NCBI GenBank assembly: GCA_039200505.1
Contig: JBCCSJ010000002.1
Span: forward strand, 2,462 to 66,461
Length of the DNA: 64,000 nt
Source of the DNA: Planctomycetota bacterium
GTDB lineage: Bacteria > Planctomycetota > Planctomycetia > Pirellulales > Pirellulaceae
Direction of reading: 5' to 3'
In this document: piece by piece, positions 34,498-44,432 of the stretch
How positions within the stretch are numbered: position 1 is the stretch's first letter
Layout: the number at the start of each line of letters is the position of its first letter
The notes under the pieces: generated by a model
Databases searched by the model: none
Seen by the model: the letters and a program-made list of their open reading frames with translations, nothing else
Told to the model about the DNA's origin: nothing
Position numbers and translations under genes: made by a program

Positions 34498-37356
34498 ATG
34501 GAGAAGACTGGGCAAAGAACGCGTCGGATCGTGGAAGAGTTGCGTGCAGATATTGATTTTGAGCTAGATGATGTTATCTCAAAAATCGTTGGGAGTTTAC
34601 CCGAAGACTACTTCACGAATCTTTCTCGTGAAAATCAGTTGACCCAGCTAAAAGCTTTGTTGGCGATGGGAATTTGTCAACTCGATCACGAGATCATGCT
34701 CCGAAGCGAGGATGGTCGCCACGTTAGTGTGATCGCTCGTCAAAATTATCCTGGTTTGTTGGCTGGAATTTTAAGGCGTTTGCCACGGGAACGTTCTTTA
34801 ATCGGAGCCAAGATTTTCACTTCCACCGAACACGATTTCATTATTGATGTTTTTGAGTTTGAGACTGAAGAAGTGGTTACCGGTACTGAAACGATCGCCG
34901 ATCAAGAGTTGCAGGCTTCGATCGAAAAAGTCAGCCAGTTAACAGGGGCCCAGGAAACCAAAATTCGAGAGTTCGTTAGCCACTACCGAACGAACAGTCC
35001 GATATTGCGAACACCAAAGCTAATTTCCGAACACTATTTGGCATTTAATGCTATGCGGCATTCCAACGACATAGCGATTCGTTGGAGTGATTTGGATGGG
35101 GGCAGAATGCATGTCACAGTTTCCACTGGAAGCACCCGTCCACGTGAAATTTTCGAGCGAGCTTCCACATTTTTTGCCGGCAAGTCGATCGACATCGACC
35201 AAGCGTTTTTGCATGACATTCCAAGAAACGAGTATTCCCGATCGGCGATTGCGAGTTTCATCGTCGTTGGTGAAGTCAACAATCAGGCTTTTCGTCCGGA
35301 ATTGGTCGAGGAACTCAAACTCTTCCTTCGATTGGACGAAGACATCCTTTCGAAATATGGATTTGCAGATCATTTTGATTCTCGCGAAAATGCCGAACTG
35401 GTTTCGGCCGTCGCCCGTTTGGTCGGACACTTGATGAAGTTTGCCGGGTCCAATGTGCCGTTTCAACAGGTGAATGGACTCGCTCGAAAGCACATTCATG
35501 CATTCGAAAAGTGTATCGATGCCATCAAGTCGATTGGATCTGGAAAGTCATTCGATAGAACCAAGGATCTGGTCTCGCTGGAATATCTGAACAATCCAGT
35601 TGAAAGAAAAGTCCTTTCCACACTCAATTCGATCATTCGGTCGTTGACGGCATCTAACATATCGGTGGCGGATCGACGGACCATTACGATGCGTTTTGAC
35701 CAGCAATTATTCGACGAATTCGATGTTAACGAAAAACCGTTTGCTGTTTACTACTGTTTGGGGCAAGGTTTCGATGGATTTCATGTGCGTTTCCGCGATG
35801 TGGCTCGGGGCGGGATGCGTTTGGTTAGGACTCGCAACGATGAACATTATCTTGTGGAATCCGTTCGAGTGCTCGAAGAAGCTTACCGTCTGGCCGCAGC
35901 TCAACAGCTAAAGAACAAAGATATCGCTGAGGGTGGTGCCAAGGCTACTATTATCCTCAAACCGGAGATTGATCCTGAAAGAGCCGGACGGGATTTTGTC
36001 GACGGACTTATGGACGTTGTTTTGTTGGATTCTATTGAAGGTGCTTCCGAAGAATTGTTGTATCTAGGGCCAGACGAAAATGTAACGCCACGCCTGATCG
36101 AGTGGATTGTCAAACGGAGTCGCATGCGTGGTTATCCTTATCCCGAATCTCTGATCAGTTCCAAACCGAAGGCTGGTATCAACCATAAAGAATTCGGAGT
36201 CACCAGCGAGGGTGTAACCGTATTTTTAAAGCGAGCACTAAAGTATGCGGGTATCGATCCAGCTCAGTCGCCATTTTCAGTCAAATTGACGGGTGGCCCA
36301 GATGGCGATGTTGCAGGGAACGAAATTAAGATTTTGTTTCGAGAGTATGGTCAATCTGTCAAAGTTGTGGGGGTTGCGGATGGAATGGGTTCAGCGATTG
36401 ATCCCGTCGGTTTGAATCAGATGGAACTGCTACGGCTGTGTCATGAAGAACGACCCATTTGCGATTTTGATTCGTCCAAGCTTTCGGCCGAAGGGAAAGT
36501 GTTGGGGCTCAATACGCCGGACGGACTGGCTCAACGAAACGACCTTCAATTCTCACTCAAATCCGATGTGTTCATTCCAGCCGGCGGCAGGCCATCAACG
36601 ATCAATGAAAGCAATTGGGAATCCTTCTTCGCTTCCGACGGTAGCCCAGCGGCCAGAATTGTAGTCGAAGGAGCCAATCTGTTTATTGACGATTTGGCTC
36701 GTCGTCGACTTTCAGATCGAGGAGTAATCGTCGTTAAAGATAGTTCGGCCAACAAGTGCGGAGTGATCTGCAGCAGCCTTGAAATCGTAGCCGGAATGCT
36801 GCTAACTGAGGAAGAATTTCTTGAAATCAAAGATGAATTTGTCGCCGATGTTTTGGAGTTATTACGGGAATTGGCAGAAATTGAGGCCAATTGTTTGTTT
36901 AACGAATTGCCTCGGGCTCCTTCGTCGTCACTGCCTGAATTGAGCGTGATGATCAGCCAAAAAATTCTGCAAATAGGTGATCTCATTTTTGCAGAGATTG
37001 ACCACTGGTCCAGTGCCGATCAGGATCGAGCGCGTTCCCTGACGCTTCGGTATTTGCCCGATGCTCTGATCGATAAATTAGGAACCGAATTGATTGATGA
37101 TATTCCAAGGGTCTATCGAAACCAGTTGGTTGCTTCGATTTTGGCAAGCCGCGTTGTTTATCGAGAAGGTTATCAAAATCTTGAAAATATGCAGCCATCG
37201 GATTTGGGTCGTTTGGCATTGGATTACTTGAGACTTGATAGTGAGACGATTCGGCTGATCGATGAAATCGATTCCGCTGGTATCCGAGAGGCAAGATCTA
37301 TTCGCGAAATTTTAAGACATTCAGGTACCCGGGCCTTAAGAGAGTTAGGTCATTAG
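34498..37356 (+). CDS. large NAD-specific glutamate dehydrogenase (~105 kDa class)
   Basis: 952 aa. The central GDH catalytic core has RFRDVARGGMRLV, AQQLKNKDIAEGGAKATII (catalytic Lys/GGxK), GPDENVT, and the Rossmann motif LTGGPDGDVAGNE. Long N- and C-terminal helical extensions are typical of large GDHs. Confidence 0.8.
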   Translation: MEKTGQRTRRIVEELRADIDFELDDVISKIVGSLPEDYFTNLSRENQLTQLKALLAMGICQLDHEIMLRSEDGRHVSVIARQNYPGLLAGILRRLPRERSLIGAKIFTSTEHDFIIDVFEFETEEVVTGTETIADQELQASIEKVSQLTGAQETKIREFVSHYRTNSPILRTPKLISEHYLAFNAMRHSNDIAIRWSDLDGGRMHVTVSTGSTRPREIFERASTFFAGKSIDIDQAFLHDIPRNEYSRSAIASFIVVGEVNNQAFRPELVEELKLFLRLDEDILSKYGFADHFDSRENAELVSAVARLVGHLMKFAGSNVPFQQVNGLARKHIHAFEKCIDAIKSIGSGKSFDRTKDLVSLEYLNNPVERKVLSTLNSIIRSLTASNISVADRRTITMRFDQQLFDEFDVNEKPFAVYYCLGQGFDGFHVRFRDVARGGMRLVRTRNDEHYLVESVRVLEEAYRLAAAQQLKNKDIAEGGAKATIILKPEIDPERAGRDFVDGLMDVVLLDSIEGASEELLYLGPDENVTPRLIEWIVKRSRMRGYPYPESLISSKPKAGINHKEFGVTSEGVTVFLKRALKYAGIDPAQSPFSVKLTGGPDGDVAGNEIKILFREYGQSVKVVGVADGMGSAIDPVGLNQMELLRLCHEERPICDFDSSKLSAEGKVLGLNTPDGLAQRNDLQFSLKSDVFIPAGGRPSTINESNWESFFASDGSPAARIVVEGANLFIDDLARRRLSDRGVIVVKDSSANKCGVICSSLEIVAGMLLTEEEFLEIKDEFVADVLELLRELAEIEANCLFNELPRAPSSSLPELSVMISQKILQIGDLIFAEIDHWSSADQDRARSLTLRYLPDALIDKLGTELIDDIPRVYRNQLVASILASRVVYREGYQNLENMQPSDLGRLALDYLRLDSETIRLIDEIDSAGIREARSIREILRHSGTRALRELGH

Positions 37357-37696
37357 ATCGTTGGATTCCATAAGTGGATGGTAGGTCGGCGATACTTGGT
37401 ATTTTGCAAACTTTGTCGTGCCGAACCTAACATGCATTGGGAGGCGAATTTTCTTGCCTGAAGTCTTTGCTGCACTTGAGGCACGTTTGTTTTTACCAAA
37501 GTGCTTTGGTTTTACGTTCAGTTTTCTGCCGCCGTGTTGACAAATGGTAAAATAGTTGGATATCGAACCGTGATGCTTAAATTGATAATAAAAGGCTGAA
37601 CTTGAAACCAGCGAATGTTTCGGACAGCCTCAAAACGATTTTGTTTTAAAATGGAAAAGAGTCCAAGTCGCTTCCTTTAGTTGTTTCCTATTGTCC

Positions 37697-38860
37697 ATGA
37701 ACATTTACTGCATCCATTGTGGTAAAAAATTTTCCATTACCAAGCAGCAACTTGGCAAGCGTGGAAAATGCCCTCATTGCAAATCGACGGTCATCATGCC
37801 GAGGTCGAAACTGCAATATGGGAGCAAAGAACGACAGCTTACTCCTCCCAACCGTGCAATGGAGAACTCTTTTTCCGGGATCAGTGCTATTGCAATCCAC
37901 TTGCTGGCGTTGGTGGCATTGGCGTTAATCCCTTGGGGAAATTTTGCTACCGGCGAAGGGGGTGAAGGCGATCAAATTATGATCGGCCAATTGTCAAAAC
38001 AACAACTCGTTGAAACTCCTAACGAACAATTGCAGTCTATCGAAGTCGAAAATCCAGTGGACACGACGAACTCGGAATTTTTGGAAAATGATTTGGTTTC
38101 GCCTGATGCAATCAACCCGTTGTCCGACATGCAGCTAAATATTGGTTCGATTAGCGGTGGCGCGAGGAAGGCGATTGAAATTCAATCTTTCAACCAGATG
38201 TCCGTGCTGGCCAGTGGATCAGAAGCTTTCGGAAAAATGATCAATCGCCTCAAAAAAGACGGGCTCGACATCGTCATCGTATTTGACAGTACCGGAAGTA
38301 TGCAGGGAGAGATCGATCAAGTTAAAACCAAGATCGGTAGAATTGGAAACGCCTTGCAAAGGCTGATCCCCGAAATGACTCGCATAGGAATCTGCACTTA
38401 TCGGGACAATGGAGATCAATACGTTGTGAAGGGATTGCCGCTAACCGCCGAAATTGGGCTAGTCACAACTTACCTCGAAACGATCAACGCCAGCGGAGGG
38501 GGGGATCGGCCCGAAGCGGTCGACGAAGGCCTTGCCTGGGCAATCCAGAAAAACAATTTCCGTAGAAGTGCCCGAAAAGTCATCCTGCTTTTTGGCGACG
38601 CCCCTCCTCGGGAAAGCAAGATTCTGATTTGCGAAAAATTGGCTTCAGATTTTCGAAACAAGTATCGCGGCGTGGTCAGTACTGTCACCTGTCGCAGCGA
38701 ACAATGTCTTCCGTCTTTCGAAAGCATCGCGGAACTCGGCGGGGGTGAAGCCTTTCTTACCAGCAACGAGCGTGAAATCATGAAACAATTGATGGTCTTG
38801 GTATTCGGCTCCCAACATCGAAGTAAAGTTCTTGAAGCATTCAATTTGATGAATGAGTGA
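37697..38860 (+). CDS. zinc-ribbon / TM / von Willebrand factor A domain protein
   Basis: ATG 37697 (the track starts at TTG 37691). CIHCG-x16-CPHC zinc ribbon, one TM (AIAIHLLALVALALIPW), and a vWA domain with MIDAS DxSxS (IVIVFDSTGSM) and later GGGDRPEAV. Confidence 0.75.
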   Translation: MNIYCIHCGKKFSITKQQLGKRGKCPHCKSTVIMPRSKLQYGSKERQLTPPNRAMENSFSGISAIAIHLLALVALALIPWGNFATGEGGEGDQIMIGQLSKQQLVETPNEQLQSIEVENPVDTTNSEFLENDLVSPDAINPLSDMQLNIGSISGGARKAIEIQSFNQMSVLASGSEAFGKMINRLKKDGLDIVIVFDSTGSMQGEIDQVKTKIGRIGNALQRLIPEMTRIGICTYRDNGDQYVVKGLPLTAEIGLVTTYLETINASGGGDRPEAVDEGLAWAIQKNNFRRSARKVILLFGDAPPRESKILICEKLASDFRNKYRGVVSTVTCRSEQCLPSFESIAELGGGEAFLTSNEREIMKQLMVLVFGSQHRSKVLEAFNLMNE

Positions 38861-38880
38861 TCTTCTGCCCGGGTCTTTCT

Positions 38881-39110
38881 TGAGCCGGTCGGCAAAGCCT
38901 CGGTTCCGATTCAGTACGTTCCGCTTGCCGAGCGGAACCTCGCCTAAACTAGCTCAGCCATCTTGGCAGCGCGAACAAAGCCGACACCATCAGGTGTGGT
39001 CTTTAGAGGATTTAGAAATTTAATATTGACGGCAAAATCTTGCAGAATCTTTGAGCCGATCGGCAAAACCGCGGTTCCGATTTAGTACGTTCCGCTTGCC
39101 GAGCGGGATC
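38881..39110. repeat. two copies (171 bp apart) of a ~58-bp palindromic element, in opposite orientation to the 12-kb copies
   Basis: TGAGCCGGTCGGCAAAGCCTCGGTTCCGATTCAGTACGTTCCGCTTGCCGAGCGGAAC (38881-38938) versus TGAGCCGATCGGCAAAACCGCGGTTCCGATTTAGTACGTTCCGCTTGCCGAGCGGGATC (39052-39110). Hairpins GTTCCGCT-TGCCG-AGCGGAAC. Confidence 0.9.
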
Positions 39111-39118
39111 GTTTTTTC
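39091..39118 (+). terminator. possible intrinsic terminator formed by the second repeat copy
   Basis: The stem-loop TCCGCT-TGCCG-AGCGGGA is followed immediately by TCGTTTTTTCC. It lies downstream of the vWA gene and upstream of cysD. Confidence 0.45.
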
Positions 39119-39552
39119 CAGTAAATCGCGATCACCAACAAATGCAAAACCTTCCGAACCGAAAGACTTCAAACTTCCCGCAACCACGGCTCCGGAAAAT
39201 TTGAAATGAGAGCTTTAGGGCATGCAGGCCGAATCGGTAGTTTGGGGTGTTTCTACCGAGCCCCGTCGGTCAAGCATCTGCCGCCGAACTTTTCGAAATA
39301 CTTCCGGCACGATGACCCATATCCGAACAATATTTGATTGACTTTGTTTTTTAGGTTTGTGGTTCAAACTCGTCAGCAAGGCGGACCAACCGCACCTTAG
39401 CCGCTGATACGGCGCAATGAGTTTGTTGGAATTCGAGTCGCATTCGACAGAGGGTTTTCTCTTTTGTTTAACAAGAATCCTTGGCTTTACCGATACCCCT
39501 ATACATTGTCTAGGCATTCCCAGCTAACTACCATATTAAGCTTGTTGAAATC

Positions 39553-40506
39553 ATGAATTCATTTCGAATCGCATCCTTTAATTCAACTGAAGACAAAAAA
39601 TTGAATTCCTACCAGCTTACTCACCTCAAGCAGCTTGAAGCCGAGAGTATTCACATCATTCGGGAGGTCGTCGCCGAATTTCAGAATCCGGTCATGCTCT
39701 ACTCTATTGGAAAAGATTCATCGGTGATGGTTCACTTGGCGCTCAAGGCCTTTTATCCTGCCAAGCCTCCATTTCCGCTTCTTCATGTAGATACGACTTG
39801 GAAATTTCAAGAAATGTATCACTTTCGAGATGTCTACACCAAAAACGAGTTGGGGCTTGAGGTCCTTCGCCACGTCAACGAAGACGGACTGAAGCTCAAA
39901 CTGGATCCGCTTGAAAACAGTGGAAAGCATACGGAAGTCATGAAGACCGATAGTCTGAAGATGGCGTTGGACAAGTACAAATTTGATGCCGCCTTCGGAG
40001 GGGCTCGTCGGGACGAAGAGAAATCACGATCCAAAGAAAGAGTTTTTTCGTTCCGAAATAAAAGTCACGGTTGGGACCCAAAAAATCAACGCCCTGAATT
40101 GTGGTCGCTGTACAACGCTAAAATTAACAAAGGCGAAAGTATCCGCGTATTCCCAATTTCAAATTGGACTGAATTGGATGTTTGGCAGTACATCCACCTG
40201 GAAAAGATTCCAATCGTGCCGCTTTACTATGCCGCCATGCGACCTGTGATCGAAAGAGACGGAGTGATGATCATGGTTGACGACGACCGATTGACTCTCA
40301 AGCCTGGCGAAGTACCCCAGCAAAAAATGGTTCGATTCCGTACACTTGGATGTTATCCGCTGACGGGGGCTGTGGAATCCGAAGCCGACACGCTGCCCAA
40401 GATCATTCAAGAGATGTTGTTGACCACCACTTCGGAACGCAAAGACCGAGTGATCGATAAAGATCCTGACGGGATGCAGGAAAAAAAGGAAAAAGGCTAT
40501 TTTTAA
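39553..40506 (+). CDS. cysD: sulfate adenylyltransferase subunit 2
   Basis: [24 protein letters not shown]-loop-type [16 protein letters not shown], and a C-terminal [10 protein letters not shown]...KKEKGYF, all typical of CysD. Confidence 0.95.
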   Translation: MNSFRIASFNSTEDKKLNSYQLTHLKQLEAESIHIIREVVAEFQNPVMLYSIGKDSSVMVHLALKAFYPAKPPFPLLHVDTTWKFQEMYHFRDVYTKNELGLEVLRHVNEDGLKLKLDPLENSGKHTEVMKTDSLKMALDKYKFDAAFGGARRDEEKSRSKERVFSFRNKSHGWDPKNQRPELWSLYNAKINKGESIRVFPISNWTELDVWQYIHLEKIPIVPLYYAAMRPVIERDGVMIMVDDDRLTLKPGEVPQQKMVRFRTLGCYPLTGAVESEADTLPKIIQEMLLTTTSERKDRVIDKDPDGMQEKKEKGYF

Positions 40507-40606
40507 TCGGCAGCTGTTAGTCGCTTTTTCCATCTTCAAGTCTGCTAACAAAAACAATTGATTTTCGAGCTCAAAATCTGTTGAGCATTAGAAACAAGGG
40601 AATGCA

Positions 40607-42523
40607 ATGTCTCACCAATCCGAGTTAATCCGCGAAGACATCGACGCTTATTTGAAGCAGCACGAACAGAAAGAACTGCTTCGATTTTTGACGTGCGGTA
40701 GCGTAGACGATGGAAAAAGTACGCTGATCGGCCGATTGTTTTACGATTCAAAAATGATCTACGAAGATCAACTTGCCGAACTCGAAGCGAAATCGGCGAC
40801 CCACGGAACAACTGGTGGAGATTTCGATCCCGCCCTGTACATGGATTCTTTGAAAGAAGAGATTCAGCAAGGAATTACGATTGACGTCGCTTACCGGTAT
40901 TTTTCGACGCCGAAGCGGAAATTCATCATCGCAGATACGCCGGGTCACGTGCAGTACACCCGAAACATGGCCACCGGTGCATCGACTGCGGATTTAGCGG
41001 TGATTTTGGTGGACGCTCGGGAAGGCCATGGAGTGATGGAGCAGACTAAACGACACAGCTTTATCGCATCGCTATTAGGGATCAAACATGTGATCCTGGC
41101 CGTCAATAAAATGGACTGCGTGGATTACAGCGAAGTCCGATTTAACGAAATCATCGATGACTATCGGAAATTTGTCCAACGCCTTGAAATTCCGGACTTG
41201 CATTTCGTGCCGATCTCAGCCCTCAAGGGTGACAACGTCGTAGACAGAAGCGACAACATGACTTGGTACCAAGGTTCCACGTTGATGAACTTGCTGGAAA
41301 CAGTCGAAATTAGCTCGGATCGAAATTTGAAGGACTTTCGGTTCCCGGTTCAGATTGTGCTGCGACCGGATTTAAACTTCCGCGGTTTTGCGGGGACCAT
41401 TTCCTCGGGCATCGTTCGAGTGGGCGATGAAATTATCACGCTGCCTTCGCGGAAATCGAGCAAGGTCAAAGAGATTGTGACCTACGACGGCAAACTCAAT
41501 GAAGCGTGCGCTCCGATGTCGATTACGCTCACGCTGGAAGATGAAATCGATATCAGCCGCGGCGATATTATCGTCCGACCCGGCAATGTACCTAAACAGG
41601 AAGATAAATTCGACGCCATGTTGGTCTGGATGTCGGAGTCGCCAATGGTTCCTGGTCAACAATACTTGATTAAGCACACGACCCGAACCATCCCAGGGAC
41701 CATTTCGACGCTCCGGTACCAGATCGACGTCAACACGATGAAAAGTAACCCGTCGCCAACCCTTGAATTGAATCAGATCGGAAGAGTCGACATTCGGTTA
41801 GATCGAGCGATTTCGTTTGATCGGTATCGACGAAACAAGCAGACCGGTGCGTTTATCGTGATCGACAGAATTACAAACGTCACTGTTGCTGCTGGAATGA
41901 TTCTTGATCAACGAACTTCCGACGATCGAAACGACGCTTGGGACACTCCCAGTAGCCGAACGTTAGAGCAAGAGATTTCCAACGTAACGAGTGATGAGCG
42001 GATTGCACGCTATGGACAAAAGCCAGTGACTATTCTGTTGACTGGACTTCCGGGGTCGGGAAAAACTACGACAGCATACGGGTTGGAACGAAGACTGTTC
42101 GACATGGGGCGAAGTGCGACCGTGTTGGACGGACAAAACATTCGAGCCGGTTTATCACGAGATCTCCGGTTCACAAGCGAAGATCGGTCTGAAAATGTTC
42201 GTCGTGCTACCGAGGTCGCGCGATTGATGAATAAAACAGGTCTGATTTGTATCTTGGCTTTGGTAGCTCCGGAAGAGGAAGTCCGTCTTCGTGCGGCTGA
42301 GGCGGTCGGTAAAGATTTTCTGGTCGTTCACCTGTCGGCTCCGCCAGAACTTTGTGCTCAGCGAAATCAGTCGGGGGAAACGGAAGATCCGGAACTTAAA
42401 TCGACGGTCGTTTATGAACTGCCCCAGAATGCGGACTTGATCTTAGACACCCAGCATCTTTCTCCAAATGCTTGCATCGAACAAGTGGTTCAATTGATCA
42501 CCGACCGAGGGTATCTTGCTTAG
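40607..42523 (+). CDS. cysNC: sulfate adenylyltransferase subunit 1 (GTPase) fused to an APS-kinase-like domain
   Basis: GTPase G1 [10 protein letters not shown]3 DTPGH, G4 NKMD, and EF-Tu-like beta-barrel domains. C-terminal ~180 aa has the P-loop [11 protein letters not shown] and [27 protein letters not shown] (CysC-like). Confidence 0.9.
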   Translation: MSHQSELIREDIDAYLKQHEQKELLRFLTCGSVDDGKSTLIGRLFYDSKMIYEDQLAELEAKSATHGTTGGDFDPALYMDSLKEEIQQGITIDVAYRYFSTPKRKFIIADTPGHVQYTRNMATGASTADLAVILVDAREGHGVMEQTKRHSFIASLLGIKHVILAVNKMDCVDYSEVRFNEIIDDYRKFVQRLEIPDLHFVPISALKGDNVVDRSDNMTWYQGSTLMNLLETVEISSDRNLKDFRFPVQIVLRPDLNFRGFAGTISSGIVRVGDEIITLPSRKSSKVKEIVTYDGKLNEACAPMSITLTLEDEIDISRGDIIVRPGNVPKQEDKFDAMLVWMSESPMVPGQQYLIKHTTRTIPGTISTLRYQIDVNTMKSNPSPTLELNQIGRVDIRLDRAISFDRYRRNKQTGAFIVIDRITNVTVAAGMILDQRTSDDRNDAWDTPSSRTLEQEISNVTSDERIARYGQKPVTILLTGLPGSGKTTTAYGLERRLFDMGRSATVLDGQNIRAGLSRDLRFTSEDRSENVRRATEVARLMNKTGLICILALVAPEEEVRLRAAEAVGKDFLVVHLSAPPELCAQRNQSGETEDPELKSTVVYELPQNADLILDTQHLSPNACIEQVVQLITDRGYLA

Positions 42524-42569
42524 CCTTTTCCGTCGCTCGTGGTAAACGTCTGACGGATATCTCTGTCGA

Positions 42570-43055
42570 TCATTGGCCAATCGAGGGATCGTTGTCGGGG
42601 AGGCCGATTGAATTGATTCGAATCGCCACGAGGATTCCGATCAAAGTCGGTGGTATGAAGGTTGTGAAAACGACCCAAGTCAAACCGGTAGACATCCACA
42701 GAAGCCCATTATTTCTAATCAAGAAATACCAAAGTAACGATATCGAGGTCACTAGTACCAAACCGCAACCAGAGTATCTGATGCCTTTCCTCAGGTTATA
42801 CTTGATTATTGTGGCGCAGATTGGAAACAAAACAAAAGAGTTGATTAGACCCAAAGGTAACGCGAGAAGAATTGGTGCAATGATATAAATCCCAAGCGCG
42901 GCAGGGTTGTCGATTGGTGGAGATAATGACAAGACTAAAAATAAGAACGCAATTGACCACATGATAAAAGCAAGGGAAGTCGTCCAGATGCATCTGTAGC
43001 GTGCCGCGAGTATCGCTCGCTTGTGAGTTGGGCTAAGTCTTGAGAATCTTCTCAT
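42570..43055 (-). CDS. hypothetical 4-TM membrane protein
   Basis: 161-aa ORF with four clear hydrophobic helices. The competing + strand ORF 42472-42888 has no features. Confidence 0.45.
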   Translation of the reverse strand: MRRFSRLSPTHKRAILAARYRCIWTTSLAFIMWSIAFLFLVLSLSPPIDNPAALGIYIIAPILLALPLGLINSFVLFPICATIIKYNLRKGIRYSGCGLVLVTSISLLWYFLIRNNGLLWMSTGLTWVVFTTFIPPTLIGILVAIRINSIGLPDNDPSIGQ

Positions 43056-43094
43056 ATCAACTAAGTGTAATTAATCGGTGAGAATGAAACTGAA

Positions 43095-43475
43095 TCAGTG
43101 CCAATCTAAAAAATAAACGAAAAGCATCACAATTAGGGCAAACACCCCAGTCACAACGAGTAATCCCGCAATTGAAAATTGGTGAAAAAATTGCCATTTT
43201 TTTGTTAGGGCCCAGGCGATGCAGCATCCGATCAATGCACCGATAAAGCCCCAGTAGATGATGTGTGAAGACATCCAATGAAGGCTGGATTCGAAAGTTT
43301 GACCTGTCCTGTGAGATTTTGGTATGAGAAATCCGGCAAAACAACTGACCATACCGAGTAAGAGCATGGATCGATTTCTGGCGGCATAGGAAACTAACGA
43401 AACCAGAACGACGAGTCCCAAAGTTGCGATAGCCCACAGAGCGAATTCAATTTCGCTGTAATCATATATTCTCAT
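43095..43475 (-). CDS. hypothetical 4-TM membrane protein
   Basis: 126-aa ORF with four hydrophobic helices. The alternative frame 43057-43437 is Arg/Cys-rich and not protein-like. Confidence 0.45.
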   Translation of the reverse strand: MRIYDYSEIEFALWAIATLGLVVLVSLVSYAARNRSMLLLGMVSCFAGFLIPKSHRTGQTFESSLHWMSSHIIYWGFIGALIGCCIAWALTKKWQFFHQFSIAGLLVVTGVFALIVMLFVYFLDWH

Positions 43476-43714
43476 TGCCCATTTCCTGCATTTTTTTGTT
43501 GTAATAAATCCTCGCCAAGACAGATAAAAACTCGAGGTTTGTCGACCCTGAGGCGAATCTTGGTAGCACTTCTTTCAGGTGGAAATTCCGGCTGAAGCCT
43601 GAACGGACAGCTTAAAATAGGGAGCCACGATTGTAAGTCCGGTCAACATTTGCCAGAGTATCGTAAATCGAATTTGATTAACAATCTGACGGACCTCAGT
43701 GGACGGATAGACGG

Positions 43715-44161
43715 ATGAAGTTTGACCAGATCGATAAAGCGATTGCTGGATGGATGCAAAAGTATGGAGTCGTCACCCTTCGCATCGGTCTGGCGATCAT
43801 TTTCATCTGGTTCGGAATTCTAAAACCGCTCGGCATGAGTCCGGCAGAAGAACTGGTCAAACGGACGGTTTACTGGCTTCCTCAAGATCTATTCTTCCCA
43901 ATTCTCGGCTGGTGGGAAGTGCTCATCGGTTTGTTCATGCTTTACAGGCCAACGATCCGATTTGCAATTTTACTCCTGTTTCTGCAAATGCCAGGAACCG
44001 CTCTGCCTCTGATCCTGTTACCCGACGTCTGTTTTACCAGCATCCCTTTTGGTTTAACTTTGGAAGGTCAGTACATCATTAAAAATCTTGTGCTGATTGC
44101 TGCAGCTCTGGTAATCGGAGGAACCGTGCAGCGTAAGTCAACCAACGAGAAAATACTTTGA
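43715..44161 (+). CDS. DUF417/YkgB-like (DoxX-related) small membrane protein
   Basis: 148 aa, 4 TM. LRIGLAIIFIWFGILKP near the N-terminus and GQYIIKNLVLIAAALVIGG near the C-terminus resemble the DUF417 pattern. Confidence 0.5.
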   Translation: MKFDQIDKAIAGWMQKYGVVTLRIGLAIIFIWFGILKPLGMSPAEELVKRTVYWLPQDLFFPILGWWEVLIGLFMLYRPTIRFAILLLFLQMPGTALPLILLPDVCFTSIPFGLTLEGQYIIKNLVLIAAALVIGGTVQRKSTNEKIL

Positions 44162-44432
44162 GCGATGCTCGAGCTTGCAGTGATTGAAGTTGATTGAGCC
44201 AATTTCTGGAGGGGATGGATCATTCCAAGGCGTCAGGTAGGTGTGTAACCTATGTCGCGAATCTCAATACTGCACCTGAAGATCCTCTGGAGTCATCCGC
44301 AAGCGTGGGGGCTAGATAGACCGTTGCAGTTGGCTGAAGCCGTTTCATCAATCCCTCAGGTGTGCCTGCTTGCGTGCGTTGAAAACTGAGTGAAAAAAAA
44401 CGTCCGCCCATGTACAATTCTCAATCTGGACC

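Noticed and set aside
37537-37566. TTGACA followed by TAAAAT-like sequence upstream of the vWA gene, as a sigma-70 promoter
   Set aside because: The spacing between the hexamers is wrong (about 5 nt, or a poor -10 at 16-17 nt), and planctomycete promoter consensus is not established. I do not call it.
39215-39517. 100-aa minus-strand ORF in the long spacer upstream of cysD
   Set aside because: It is Arg/Cys/Pro/Ser-rich, has no hydrophobic core or motif, and has no RBS-like sequence. The region is more likely the cysD promoter/leader. I cannot exclude a small gene without expression data.
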